Shown: in pieces, positions 1 through 11,921 of the stretch
How the letters are laid out: the number at the start of each line of letters is the position of its first letter
How positions within the stretch are numbered: the first letter of the stretch is position 1
Source: the human T2T-CHM13v2.0 reference genome, Homo sapiens
NCBI RefSeq assembly: GCF_009914755.1
Contig: NC_060938.1
DNA length: 64,000 bases
Direction: 5' to 3' (one strand)
The notes under the pieces: model-generated
What the model saw: the letters and a program-made list of their open reading frames with translations, nothing else
What the model was told of the DNA's origin: nothing
The model's database searches: none
Program-made: the position numbers and the translations under genes

Positions 1-675
1 TTGCTGTGGGTATAAAGCATTAATTCTTGTCATTTGCTGGTTATAGTCCTCCACCAAAACTCTTCAGTTCTTGGCCTCTAATTCAAGCTTTCTTCCAAGT
101 TTCTCTCCACTCTCACTGTGTCATTTCTAGGAGGCCTCAGAGTTTTCCACGCTAGAACACAGTCGGTACTCTCATGTGTGTTTTCATTTTAGCCTCTTTG
201 TTGATGTCTGCTGCCTGTCAATCCACCTGGGTTTGTAAAGTCCCTGAAGCAATTCCTGCCATGAGAATGTTCCTTCATCCAGAATGCTGCCTTCTATGCT
301 CCCCAAACTCAAAGACCTTCAGGGACCAGTAAACTCAACTGCCCAAAGCCAAGCACAGCTGTCCACAGAATTGGGGCAGAGATTCTTCTCCATAGGACTC
401 TGGCCTGGTGCATAGGTTTGGCTGAGGAAAAGACATGCTTTTCTCCTTCCCCTTTTCACTTCTATCCCTTTTCACCAGGACTCTTGAAGAATATTCTCAC
501 AGGCCTCGTTTCCCCTCAGGTCAGAAAATATGTGCGGAACAGACCCTGAGATGCTGACTGTGCAAGGCTGTTCAGACCCAGTCAGGTCAGGCCCTGAATC
601 CTTGTGATATGGAATGAGATATGATAAATTGGAAATTGTCTTTAATAAATTGCCATTCGTGATAATTCTAGTGAT

Positions 676-1070
676 AATTAATCTGCTGAGGCTGCTATAA
701 AATATCATAGACTGAGAGGCTTAACCAATGTATTTCCACATAGTTTTGGAGGCTGGAAGTCCAGGATCAAGAACAAGGTGCTAGCCAATTGGCTTTCTGT
801 GAGGGATCACTTCCTGGCTTGCAGTCAGCTGCCTTCTTGCTGTATTCTCATATCACCTTTCCTAGGCAGATGCATGCAGAGAGGGCAAGTGAGCTGAGCA
901 AGCTCACTGGAGTCTTTTCTTGTAAGAACACTAATCCTATTGGATCAGGGCCTTCACTTTTGTGACCTCATTTATCCTCAATTCCTTAGAGGCCCCATCT
1001 CCAAATTCAGCCATATTAGGGGTTAGGGCTTCAACAGATGATTTTTGGGGCAAGTATTCAGTCTATGACA
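676..1070 (-). mobile_element. MaLR solo LTR, MLT1A/MLT1B-like
   Basis: Contains ttttggaggctggaagtccaggatcaag, actaatcctattggatcagggc and ggggttagggcttcaac. The reverse complement of the right end reads tgtcatagactgaat..., like the MLT1 5' terminus. Confidence 0.85.
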
Positions 1071-2164
1071 ATCCTCATTTAAACTCATCAGGGACCATTG
1101 ATAAAATGCTATTCATTCTTCCCTATGCTGGTGTGGAAATTTGCCACCCAATGGATGCCTGCAATATATGCCAGAGACTTTAGGTACGCTGTGGCATGGC
1201 TTAGTGACTATGAGAAGACTGACATATTAGCTTGGACTAGCTTTTGTTAAGCAAATGGACTATTTTACAATCCAAGAAAATGAACAAAATTCCGTTTTAC
1301 TTACTCAAGATAAAAATGCATTGATACTGCAAGACATATCCTCACTGAAAGATAGGGTCACTTAAAATATCCCATTTAAATGCAAAGGACACTAGAAAGT
1401 ATAGCAAGACAAGGTAAAGAAAATAACAACCTTGCTAACATATGACTAAAATAGGAACTGGCAGCTGGGGGTGATGAGAGAAATGAAGGCAGTCAGCTAC
1501 ACACTGACTGCCGGGGAGCATCCTGCACCTCAGATAAGGGAGCTTCCGCAATGAATGCCTGGGCCTTTGGCTTTGTTTCAAGTCTTTTGATCTAGCGGAG
1601 TCCATAGGATCATTTTTCCCGTGGGCCAGACCTCTGGAGAAGCAATTGGCATTGTTAGTTTGCACTGTTAGTTCTGAAGCTAGTTTGGTAACAAAAAGTT
1701 ATTGTAGTAAGTGCACTTGTGTGTGTATGTGAGGGGTGTGGATAGATGATCATGTTCAAGTCTGTAGTAGAAAATTTCTAATTATTGAGTCTAGAGAACT
1801 AAGAATACTTATAGGAGGTAATTAATCCTTACCCGACATGTGGAAAATGTCTTATAACCCTTCTGTTTAATTTAACAAAAATATAGTCTACTGTTCAGAT
1901 GGTTACCACTCGGAGCAACTCAAACTATTTCCCTACAGATTTTCCTGTAGAGAATGAATGAGAAATTTTTTTGTTTGTTTAAGGCCTGAAATTTTACTAC
2001 CAAAGTCAAATTTTGAGTATTGATTGTTGAGTCCTGAGGATGGTTATATTATCATGACAAATCTTGCTTATTGTTTTTAATTAGACAAAATTTTCAAATA
2101 ACTGTGAGTTATTACATATCTCTTTTAGTATAGTGTTCTATAGATTGTATTTTGTTTCATTACC

Positions 2165-2212
2165 CACACTACACACACAAACCACATATACACATGCACA
2201 ACACACACACAT
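2165..2212. repeat. Degenerate (CA)n microsatellite
   Basis: cacactacacacacaaaccacatatacacatgcacaacacacacaca. Confidence 0.8.
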
Positions 2213-2619
2213 TCTTTCTATACTTCATGTGAATGCTTTGAGACAATCCTATTTAACATTGACAATGAACAGGACAGCTGGTCTCTCAATAAAATCTAAG
2301 ATACCACAGTAGTATCTGCAAATAATATATAAATTAGAAATATTTGGAATGTTTAGTTTATTTGCTAAAGCTCTTCAGAACTATAAATTACAATATTAAT
2401 GAACTTATTTTTAATTCCCATCACTTTCATTTTTATAGAATCCAGAAATAATGCATGTAACTTGCCATTCCTCCCCATTAGTACACTTGAGTCCAAAGGA
2501 GAGGTTCACAGCATCGTGCTCTTTTGTGATGTGGTTTAGAAGAAAACCAGCTCAGGACAAGTGGACTCTGAAAATAGCAGACTTTCCTTTACTCATCTTT
2601 TGAGTTTTCAGAGAAGAGT

Positions 2620-2960
2620 AGAGATTCAGTTCATTGGATATTTTCTTTGTACTAGGCTCCATGCTAGAAATTGGAGAAAATAATAAATGAGAACCTATCT
2701 TTAATTACCATTCTAGAAAGAAGACATGTACATTAAGGATAATATGTAATGGATGTCATAATATAAATATGTACAAAGACAAGGTGTAGCATAGAAGGCA
2801 GATGAATTGTTATGTTGATTGGAGTGTGGTTTCTGTTAAGGGATGACATTAATGAGGTATCGCCTTTGCAACTTCAAGAATGAATAGAAGTTAATCAGAC
2901 AAGAAAAGAACCATTTCACAAGGAACAATATGTACACATAATTCAAGACAGCCAGAATGT
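2620..2960 (-). mobile_element. L2 LINE 3' fragment (old, diverged)
   Basis: ttcagttcatt...tgtactaggctccatgctaga...gaatagaagttaatcagac...aggaacaatatgtacac resembles the antisense L2 3' end. Confidence 0.55.
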
Positions 2961-3257
2961 GAAGTAAGAGGAGACTCAAGTTTTGTCAGCATATTATATA
3001 AGTAAGGGTGAGTTTTGGCTTTGAGAGTTGCTTTGTTGTGTTTTTCCAGATAGATGTTTTTCAGATATCTTCTCCCCTGTGAGAAATTTCTGCAGGTTTG
3101 ATTGATCCTTTCAGATGCTTTTTAAATATATATTAGTTTCATCACTTTACCACATTGAGAGTCCATGTATCTTTGACTCAAATGCCTAGGAACAGAAGAT
3201 GTGAGGAAAGGGAGAGAGAGAGATTCTGTCATTTAACAATTATTATTCAAGTACCTA

Positions 3258-3550
3258 AACCAAATCGAAATGCCTAAAGGAATGCAGTGGGTGATGTAAA
3301 AGAAGGTGTAGGGCAGGTGTAACAACACAGAATGGTAGAGAGGTGGGAGGTGGGGGGACGGGAGAGTACGCAGCTCTTCTAAGGTGGGCAGCTGCCTTAT
3401 AGCTTCAGCCAGTTGTCACACAGCACTGGTTTTGTCAGTTTTCAGTTCTTTGAAAAAATTGGAAATGTGAAATTTTATATGGAACTGTCAATTTGTGGAA
3501 GTTAGAAACCACTCGCAGGCCAGCACTGGGAAGGCCATATCCAGCCTGAC
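3258..3550 (+). mobile_element. MER102-like hAT-Charlie DNA transposon
   Basis: aaatgcctaaagg...ggtgggcagctgccttatagcttcagccagttgtc...ggaaatgtgaaattttatatg follows the MER102 consensus order. Confidence 0.65.
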
Positions 3551-4205
3551 TTGCTCTGTTTTATACACCATGCACTCTCAGTGGTTGCCTCAAGGGCTTT
3601 AGAAAGAAGGTCAACCCTTTGCCTTGTGGCTTTTGTGCATGGCTTTCTTAAGAGGAACATAAGGAAACTCTACTGTTCTCAGCTGCTGTTGTGGTTACTT
3701 GGCCATTTGTAAGACTTATATATAATAATGAAGTTGTCTTGGAGGGCTGCCATGTCCGTGATGTAGTTGCTTATCTAATTTTGTAATCTTTTATCAATTC
3801 CCTCTACAGCTTGAAGGCCAGGCTGAGGGTATGGTACAGAATACTAAGTGGTTTCAAATCAAGTCCAATCTCTGTTGCAATTTTTATTGTGATAACAAGA
3901 TATATTATTAATAACAATAAAAGACAATAATAATGTATTATTATATTGTAAGCTTACCATGAAGTGTATGGGCAACCCAAAAAGATATTCAGCCATCATT
4001 AAAATCTTTTCTAATCACAGCCACACATTTCATATTATATTAAGGAAAAACATAAAAGCAATCTTGATGTTAAGTAGAATTAGTAAAGACCTAAAGGAGT
4101 ATAACCGAATAAACACAAAGTAGAATAAGTAGGCCAGAATATGATTGTATTCTATCAACAATGTTATATTTGCTTAGAAATCTCTTATATTTCTTCCTCC
4201 AAATA

Positions 4206-4262
4206 TGCGTGCATGCACCCACACACACACACACACACATACATATATACATATATGTATAT
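4206..4262. repeat. (CA)n/(TA)n compound microsatellite
   Basis: cacacacacacacacacacatacatatatacatatatgtatat. Confidence 0.9.
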
Positions 4263-4284
4263 CTGCAATTGTCTAAAGGTAGAT

Positions 4285-4510
4285 GGTATAGCATAAAGGT
4301 TAAGAGTGTAAATTTGGGGTTCATACTACTAGAGTTTCACAACTGCCTATGTAGCCTTCCAAAAATATTTAGCATCCTGAGCTGCAGTTTTCTCATCTAT
4401 AAACAAGGATTAATAATAGTATTTATCTTTGTACTATTAGATATGATTGAATAAGATATTTCATGTAAATCATCTAGCGTACTGCCAGATATATTTTATA
4501 GTCATTATTA
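4285..4510 (+). mobile_element. MIR SINE
   Basis: gtatagcataaaggttaagagtg...cagttttctcatctataaacaaggattaataatagta (MIR core). Confidence 0.75.
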
Positions 4511-4549
4511 ATGCAAATCATTATTGTATCATTATTATTACTGGAGTTT

Positions 4550-4803
4550 TAACTCTCTGGCTGTTGGCAGGAGGCCTCAGTTCTTCTACCCATGGGCCTC
4601 TCCACAGAGCTGCTTGAGTATCCTCAGACGTGGTGGCTGGCTTTACCCAGGGTGAGTGGACTGGGGGGTTTGGGGAACAAACTAGGTAGAAGAACACCTC
4701 TACCATGTCTATTCTTTAGAAGCGAGTCACGATGTTTGGCCCACAATAAAGAAGAATGGAAATATTTGCTAAAGATTTTGCAGATGTATTTTAAAGCCAC
4801 AAC
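4550..4803 (-). mobile_element. MaLR LTR fragment, MLT1H/G-like
   Basis: tggctgttggcaggaggcctcagttcttctaccatgggcctctccacagagctgcttgag...gatgtattttaaagccacaaca. Confidence 0.75.
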
Positions 4804-5233
4804 AAGGCAAAGGGTTATTATTCTTAATTTGCAGAAGTAATTGAGACTCAATGAGATTAGATAACATACCCAAGAAAACACAGTAAATTGCATAACTTAT
4901 TTACTGGAGCTCCTCCCCAAACCCCTAAACTATGTGACATTCTTGCTTTAAAAAAAAATGGATTATACAGCACGTGTCACCACTGCATTCTCTTTTTTAT
5001 GTTGTTCATGTGTGTCTGTGAAATGTGCCTTCTAATAAAAATTTGAGGATCTTATACTTTTCCAGAATCATTTTGTTGAAGTCATGTTTTGGAGTACATT
5101 TGTATGCAATCCGTCTGATAAGGGAAGTATATTTCTCACTGGAATTAGTATAGGCGGAAAACACCATCAATCATAGTCATCACAAAGCAATTAAGTACCT
5201 AATTGTTCATGGCTCTGAGTTTGCTACTGAAAC

Positions 5234-5276
5234 AGAAAACTTCTTAGGCTTGCTAAGAAAACTTCTTAGGCTTCTA
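5234..5276. repeat. 22-bp tandem duplication
   Basis: agaaaacttcttaggcttgcta followed by agaaaacttcttaggcttcta. Confidence 0.9.
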
Positions 5277-6310
5277 AGCCCTCCTGGGGCTTGGAATCCA
5301 AGAATTCAGTAGAAGACGGAAGCGTGGTAAGGAGAACAAGAACTGAAGACATAAACAAATTTATTTGAAATATGGTTGCAGTGGAGCAGGGAGAGTGAAT
5401 TCAGGGGAAAGAAAAATAAAATGAAATAAGATGCTGAGGTTCAAGAAAGGATAAAAGGTAAAGTGGCTGAATTTAAATGACCTGGGTTTCAGTTTTTAAC
5501 AAAACATAAAAATAACTGAAGAAAGGCTCTATATTTTATTTAACAATAACAACAACAAAAATCAAAGTGCTTGTTTATCATTGGGACTCAACTTTTGCAG
5601 AGTTTTTGCCTTAATTTTTTTCTCTCTAAAGCAGAATTTCCCATCACTTTAGATTCCTTTCCGTGTCAATGATGGCTTTTAATCCCAATTTCCATCATTA
5701 CCCCTCAGTGAAATGATTGCTTCCATGTTTGAGTATATATACATATGTCTGAGACTTAGGTCAATTATTTTCATGCAGAAATCGGGGAGGGTGCTCCTGT
5801 TTTTCATATGCATTTGTAAATATTTTCAATCAATCATGCATTTATAATCCAATTGGGAAGATATGATTCAGACACAATAGCCCGTCTGCTGCAAGAGTCT
5901 GTTATAAAATTGATCAGTTGGCCAAGTTATGCTATTTTTTTAAGTTACTTTGCTTTCTTTCAGGGAAGAAGAAAGACAAAAAAGTCCAGAAACCAGCAGC
6001 AGCAGGTGCTGCCAAAATGGTATTCTTCTTATCTGTGCTGATTTCAAGGGGTGTGCAAAAGAATGTGTAGTTGCTTTTCTCTCTGGCTGTTGGGATGGCG
6101 TCTGTCTCTCTGGCATTATCCACTTATTTGATCTAGCTAAGTATAGGAGCAGAAATAAATTAAAAATGCTTTTTCCCAGAAGCCCCAAGGATGTTATTCA
6201 CACATTCTCCCTTCTACTGATCTCTGCCAGTGGTGTGTAAATATATATTTAGGGGGAAGTGGCTGAAGTCAAAAGCTCTGTTGGATATTCTTTCCCTTTC
6301 AGTTACTTAC

Positions 6311-6313
6311 CTT
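6311..6313 (-). other. Candidate 3-nt microexon (AAG) with flanking splice signals
   Basis: Minus strand reads ...gttaatttctctgctattctgatttctctctttctatttgTGCatAAG|AAG|GTAAGT. There is a 65-nt AG-free zone, a long pyrimidine tract, UGC at -8..-6 and a perfect consensus donor. The AAG acceptor is the less common type. Confidence 0.45.
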
Positions 6314-6931
6314 CTTATGCACAAATAGAAAGAGAGAAATCAGAATAGCAGAGAAATTAACAGACATGACAGCACAACACCTTCTTTCCCATGTGCTGAT
6401 TTGAAGAGGCTCATGTATTTATGTCACAAATGTCAAAATTCAAGTTTCTAAGCAAAAGAAAAAAGGAAAAACTGCTAAATGTTAAGTGATTTGCTTATTT
6501 GAAGAGTTGTATTACAAAGCAATGGAATGGGAGAGCTCTCCCAGCCCAGGAAAGACAAATGGGAAGACGGGTCTATTTTCATTTTGGCATTGGACAGAAG
6601 GCAGCCTTCTGGCCTGCTGTCACTTCCTATCTGTTCAGTCTTCGTTTTGCTTCCCCGCTGACCATGGATCGGATTCTGACTCATATCAGAGACTCCCTCT
6701 TCTGATCCTATTTATTTATCTGAGGATTTTTTCTTTTCTTTTTCCATAGACTCCTAGAATCCAGAGGAAACTCAGTGGCATCTCTCATATTATCCTAAGC
6801 TTTCTCAGAAATGTGACATCAATATTTTAAAATTTTCAGTAGTTATCAATATTTCTTAAATCTAGCAGTAAGGATGGTCTTTGAAATATCTTTTCTAAAT
6901 TCCTTCTGTTATAATAAAAGTCAGTGCTCTT

Positions 6932-7276
6932 TTATATGGTTTGGCTGTATCCCCACCCAAATCTTGCCTTGAATTGTAATGACTCCCACGTCAAGATGGG
7001 GCCAGGTGGAGGTAATAGGATCATGGGGGCAGTTTCCCCCATACTGTTCTCATGGTAGTGAATAAGTCTCATGAGATCTGATGGTTTTATAAATGGGGGT
7101 TCCCCTGCACGAGCTATCTTGCCTGCTGCCATGACTTTGCTCCTCATTCACCTTCCATCATGATAGTGAGGCCTCCCAAGCCTTGTGGAACTGTGAGTCC
7201 ATTAAACCTGTTTTTCTTTATCAATTACCCGGTCTCAGATATGTCTTTATTAGCACCATGAGAACAGACAAATACA
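6932..7276 (+). mobile_element. THE1 (THE1B/C-like) MaLR solo LTR
   Basis: Runs from tatatggtttggctgtatccccacccaaatc through tggaactgtgagtccattaaacc to agaacagacaaataca. 5-bp TSD-like flanks ctctt/ctgtt. Confidence 0.93.
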
Positions 7277-7639
7277 CTGTTTATCATATTCTTGACAGCA
7301 ATAAAACAATTGCTTACTGTCAGCTCTTAACAATCTTTAGTATAATTAAGATAGTCTATTTGGATTCTTTTTCAGAGCCTTCTATTTTTCAGTCTTTTGA
7401 ATGTACTCTTATTGCTAAATTTGGAATATTTTTAGTTTTGCTGCATCATTTTTTGAATTTACCTTTCTCCCCTCTTTTGCCTATTCATTATTCAAAACCA
7501 GATCAAACACTCTTTCTGTGAAGTCAGTAACTTACTCCTTCAGAAATGTAGGTACATTGAAATTGGTAAACATTATCACACTTTGTACATACTTTTACAG
7601 TGACTATGTATATGTGTGTGTTTGCAAAACTTTCTGCCT

Positions 7640-7764
7640 CATTGGACAATAAACTCCTCAAGTGCAGAGATCTTGTGTTATTTATCTATGTGTCTTCAGA
7701 TACTAAATGTGGCACATAGTAGAGCTCCATACATGTGTATTGAGTAATAAATTAATGAATAAAT
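7640..7764 (+). mobile_element. L2 3' end
   Basis: aaactcctcaagtgcagagatcttgtg...ggcacatagtagagctcc...gtattgagtaataaattaatgaat. Confidence 0.7.
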
Positions 7765-8019
7765 ATGATGCTGGTGGCAGGTAAATTCTTGGTGTTTACT
7801 TTGAGGTCCGGATCAATACAGGATCAGGATAGTGCTTCTCTTACATCTGTTTGCACAGCAGAACTGTACTGCACTGACCAGATGTCTCAAAGTAATGTCC
7901 ATCTTGCCTGGAAGTGTCTTTCCTTACTTGGGGTCTTTTACCTTCAGAAATCCAGGTGCATTCACAATCTGCACTGTTATTATACCAACTCTAGGTGAAG
8001 GATGCATGATCCAAAGGTC

Positions 8020-8682
8020 CAGAGTTTGAAAGCTTGCAGTCTGCAAAACTGCCCTCACTTCTGATTTGAATTGCAAGTTCAGGGGTTTCTCCAAATCACT
8101 TTCAGATTTGATAATTTGCTCATAGGACTTACAGGACTAACTGAAAGCTGTTGGACTCATCATTGTGATTTATTGTAAGGACAGGATACAGATTAAACTC
8201 ATCCAAGGAAAGGGACACATGGGGCAAAGTGAGAGAGCTCCAGATGTGTAGCTTCCAGTTGCCCTCTCCCATGGGGTCAAATAACTCCTCCAGGCAACAG
8301 TGTGCGACAATAGGCACGATGTTGCTGACAACAGAGCTCTCCTAAGCTTTGGTGTCTGCGGTTTTTGGAGGTTGGGTGGGTGCTTCAGCACATACACATG
8401 ATTGCCCATATATATATAGCTAATCTCGGTCTCCAGCCCCTCAGGAGATAGACCTGAGACCATGCGCCCCAAGTCCCACAACCTAAGCCGCATCGTTGGT
8501 GTGACTCACAACCCCCACCATAAGTCACATTGTCAGATATTCTGGCATGGCAGCACCCACACTAAACAAAGATGTGGCTCCTACTAGGCATGCTCCTCCT
8601 AGGGCTAAAAGATTTCTTCCTAGAAGCCAAGAGCAACAGCCAGACCATTCCCTGGGCAAGATTAAATTCCTTACTGAACCAC
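8020..8682 (-). mobile_element. MER21-family LTR
   Basis: actgccctcacttctga, ggatacagattaaa, tagcttccagttgccctctcccatggggtc, and end gggcaagattaaattccttactgaacca. Confidence 0.8.
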
Positions 8683-9331
8683 ATTTTAGTTCTTCCACAC
8701 AGGTCTCACCAAACCTATAATTTCCAAGTGAGAGAACAGGAAGCCTCATCTTGCTTTCACAGCTTGAGACAAGGCAAAAGGAAACGCTGTTTTGAACTTT
8801 GTAGTCAGGGTGGGTGTGTTTACAAGGGATACAATCCCCTCAAGTCAATTTAAATCAAGAATCTATATGTACAGTGGCATACCCAGGGTATGTGGCTGTA
8901 AGTAAATCGTGTTTTAACTCTCTCCCTCTACTTTCTTCCTCTCAATGACAAAATTATTTTCAGTAATAATTATTTAATAATATAGTAATTCTCACCATAT
9001 TTTAAAATTGCTCTTCAGTTTTAAAACAATTTACAAGTTAGAAGCATACATTTCAATTTTACAGCTATTATTCAAATTCAGTAGAAATATTTCACATATG
9101 ACCTGAAATTTGAACTTACCAAGCAAAAGTATTATATAACACAGACTTCTTTTTTTCTACTTTACTGAGTGAGTGGACACAGATGAAAAATTCTAAGTTA
9201 GAAATTCTAAGTGGTCCTAAGGAATGACCAAATTGAATAACTCAAGTTTTCTTTCTTTTGTCATTACAATCAGTGTGCTATCACTTTTTATTTTAAATGT
9301 TGGTTTAAGCAAATGTGTACGTATGTGTGAG

Positions 9332-9377
9332 ATATATATATATTTCATATATATATATATATATAATATATATATAA
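9332..9377. repeat. (TA)n microsatellite
   Basis: atatatatatatttcatatatatatatatatataatatatatataa. Confidence 0.9.
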
Positions 9378-9378
9378 T

Positions 9379-9451
9379 TTCAGCATTAAGGAGACATTGT
9401 GCCCACATAAAGTGATAATGAGACTGGAACATTACAAACTTACTCCTTCAA
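9379..9451 (+). repeat. Inverted repeat arm A (partner 18152-18224)
   Basis: 67/73 ungapped identity to the reverse complement of 18152-18224 (manual alignment). Confidence 0.95.
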
Positions 9452-9654
9452 CGAATGCATGTAGCCAATCTATGTGTGATGGGACTGATAATATAACCAG
9501 GAGCTCTCCAAATTATCATTCATGTAGAATACAATGGTTTTTAAATAATCGGTAATAGAAGTTATTAATTTGAGGCTTACATATGAATCTGAAATGCAAC
9601 AATGTCTGTAGAAATTGTTTAGAATTTTGACAAGATTTGTTTGTGGATGGAGTT

Positions 9655-10320
9655 TCTTTTTAAAAGATTGATATATAATATTTTACATATCAGTGGGGTC
9701 CATGTGATATTTTGTTGCATGCATAACGTGTAATGATGGGTATTTGGGATATCCATCACCTTGAGTATTTATCACTTCTATGTGTAGGTAACATTTCAAG
9801 TTCTCTCTTCTAGCTACTTTGAAATATACTTTGTTGCTAACTATAGTCACCCTACTCTGCTATCAAACATTAGAACTTAAACCTTCTTCTAACTGTATGT
9901 TTGTAACCATTTGCCACATCTCTTTATCCCCTCATCCCACCCACACACCCATTCCAGCCTCTGGTATCTATCATTCTACTCTCTACCTTCTTCATGAGAT
10001 AAACATTTTTAGCTCTCATATGTGAGTGAGAACGTGTGAAATGTGTCATCTGGGTCTTGCCTATTTCATTTAACGTAATGACTTCTAGTTTCATCCATGT
10101 TGCTGCAAACACATGATTTTATCCTTTTTTATGGCCAAATAGTATTCATATATATATCACATATTTTCCTTATCCTTGCATCTATTGATGGACATTTAGG
10201 TTGGTTCTATAACTTTGCTGCTGTTGTGACTAGTGCTGCAGTAAACATGGGAGTCCAAATGTCCCTTTGATATATTGATTTCTTTTCCTTTGGATAAAAA
10301 TTCAATAGTGGGATTGCTGG
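9655..10320 (-). mobile_element. L1MA-type LINE-1 3' fragment
   Basis: ctatagtcaccctactctgctatcaaac, agtttcatccatgttgctgcaaa, gatggacatttaggttg, agtgggattgctgg. Confidence 0.9.
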
Positions 10321-11219
10321 TGGATGGAGTATTTTATCACTGACATTGTTTAGAATTGTGAAGGGAAAGCAGAGTTAAATTTTCTGTCTCTTTAAACTCA
10401 GTCATCTTTTCTCTATAGCACAAAAGATTATGTTTTTTTTTTTTTTTTCATAACTCAGCATCTTTGTGAGCTATGAAACTTGCCCTGATAGCCTTTTCTT
10501 GCCTAGGGTAGGATATATTCTGAGGAAGGGCTGGGACTGCCCATGCATTCCTGCAGAGCATTCACGGGTGCTATTTACAGTCCTAATTAAATGGAGGATT
10601 ATTAGAAACGGGAAGGCAGCTATAAATAGCATGGTCCATTTTATCTGTTTCTTTGGTGTGTAGGAAGAGCATTGCTAAGATTCTCCCTTGAAGTTCAGTT
10701 AACTCAGAATGTGTTCTGCTTTTGTTATTCTGCTTTGGCTTAAAAAAAAGTCTCCTGATGCTGTTCAAAGTGGGGAAAAGAAAACAAAAACAAACAGGAG
10801 TCACTCTCAGTCATTTTAGCATATGGACAGAAGGAACACAGAATGAAATAGAGTTGGGGAGGGGTGTGCACGGTATAAGAAAAAAAAATGTGGGCCTAAT
10901 CCTTTCCGATAACTTTTTTTTCTGAAAACAACTATTAATAAATCTTATTTCCAAGTCTGTAGAATATTGGTTCTCTTCATCCAACTGTAATGTGATCAGT
11001 CTGTTCAGGGAGCAGAGGAGTGGGTATGGGAGCCTTCCCTCTCCGTGGTCCTGTTAGGGCACCTTTTCCAGGGAGTGGGGACTCTGCTGGCTTCTCTTTC
11101 AGCACACTGGACGGTGCAGAAATCAGCTCAACTCTAGAGGCAGTGCTGGGATTGGAATGGAACTTGACCTGGATCAAATCACCGAGCCTTTGCAAATTCC
11201 TGATTTTCCAAGTTAGGAC

Positions 11220-11800
11220 ATATCTTTAGACCCAGAGCCCTTAATCTTGGCTCTTGGGATAAGCTTCCTTACTGCTTCTCTCAACACTCATCTCCACCTC
11301 CAGCCTCTGCTCTACAAGCTGCCACTCATCTACCTTACATCTCTGATCCATCCCCAGTATTCAACAGCCTTCAGCATTTCTTGGTTACCTGTTTTAAATT
11401 TCCCAAGTTCTTAACCTGTGTTTATAACAACTCATGAACTTCCAACCAACACATCAACTCCAGCTCCCTCCAGTACTCCTTCTTTCAAAAGGGTTCTAGT
11501 CAAAGGGGTTTGCAGGCATTGCTTAAGCTCATGGGGTGTTTTCGTCAATGCCCCATTGGATTTGTTCATGTCTTTGTTTCTTTGATATATCATCCTTCTT
11601 CTCCTACTTATCTTAATTGATCTCAAAGCTCAAGTCAAATTATATTTCTCCCAGTTGGTAATTATTTTCCCCTTACTTTAAATTCTGAAAACGCTAATGA
11701 CTGAGCTTTTCATTTAGTACTAACTGGATGGTTAGTTTTCTTTGTGTATGTGATCGTTTACGTGGTCGTTTTGTTTCTCACCAACACATTGTAAACTCTT
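11220..11800 (+). mobile_element. L2 fragment (diverged)
   Basis: ctctgatccatccc...tcaaagctcaagtcaaat...ttgtaaactcttt; C/T-rich L2 body. Confidence 0.5.
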
Positions 11801-11921
11801 TTAGAATTGTTATCTAATAGAAATATAAGTAACATAAACCTGTATTATATTTTTGGAGCATCTGAAAGATTTCTCTCAAATGGTCTCATCTGATCCCCAA
11901 AGCACCCCTCTCAGGAAGTAA

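Noticed and set aside
3811-3829. Plus-strand mini-exon candidates (here, 39131-39155 and 38535-38583)
   Set aside because: One or both splice sites are weak with no supporting architecture; consistent with background frequency.
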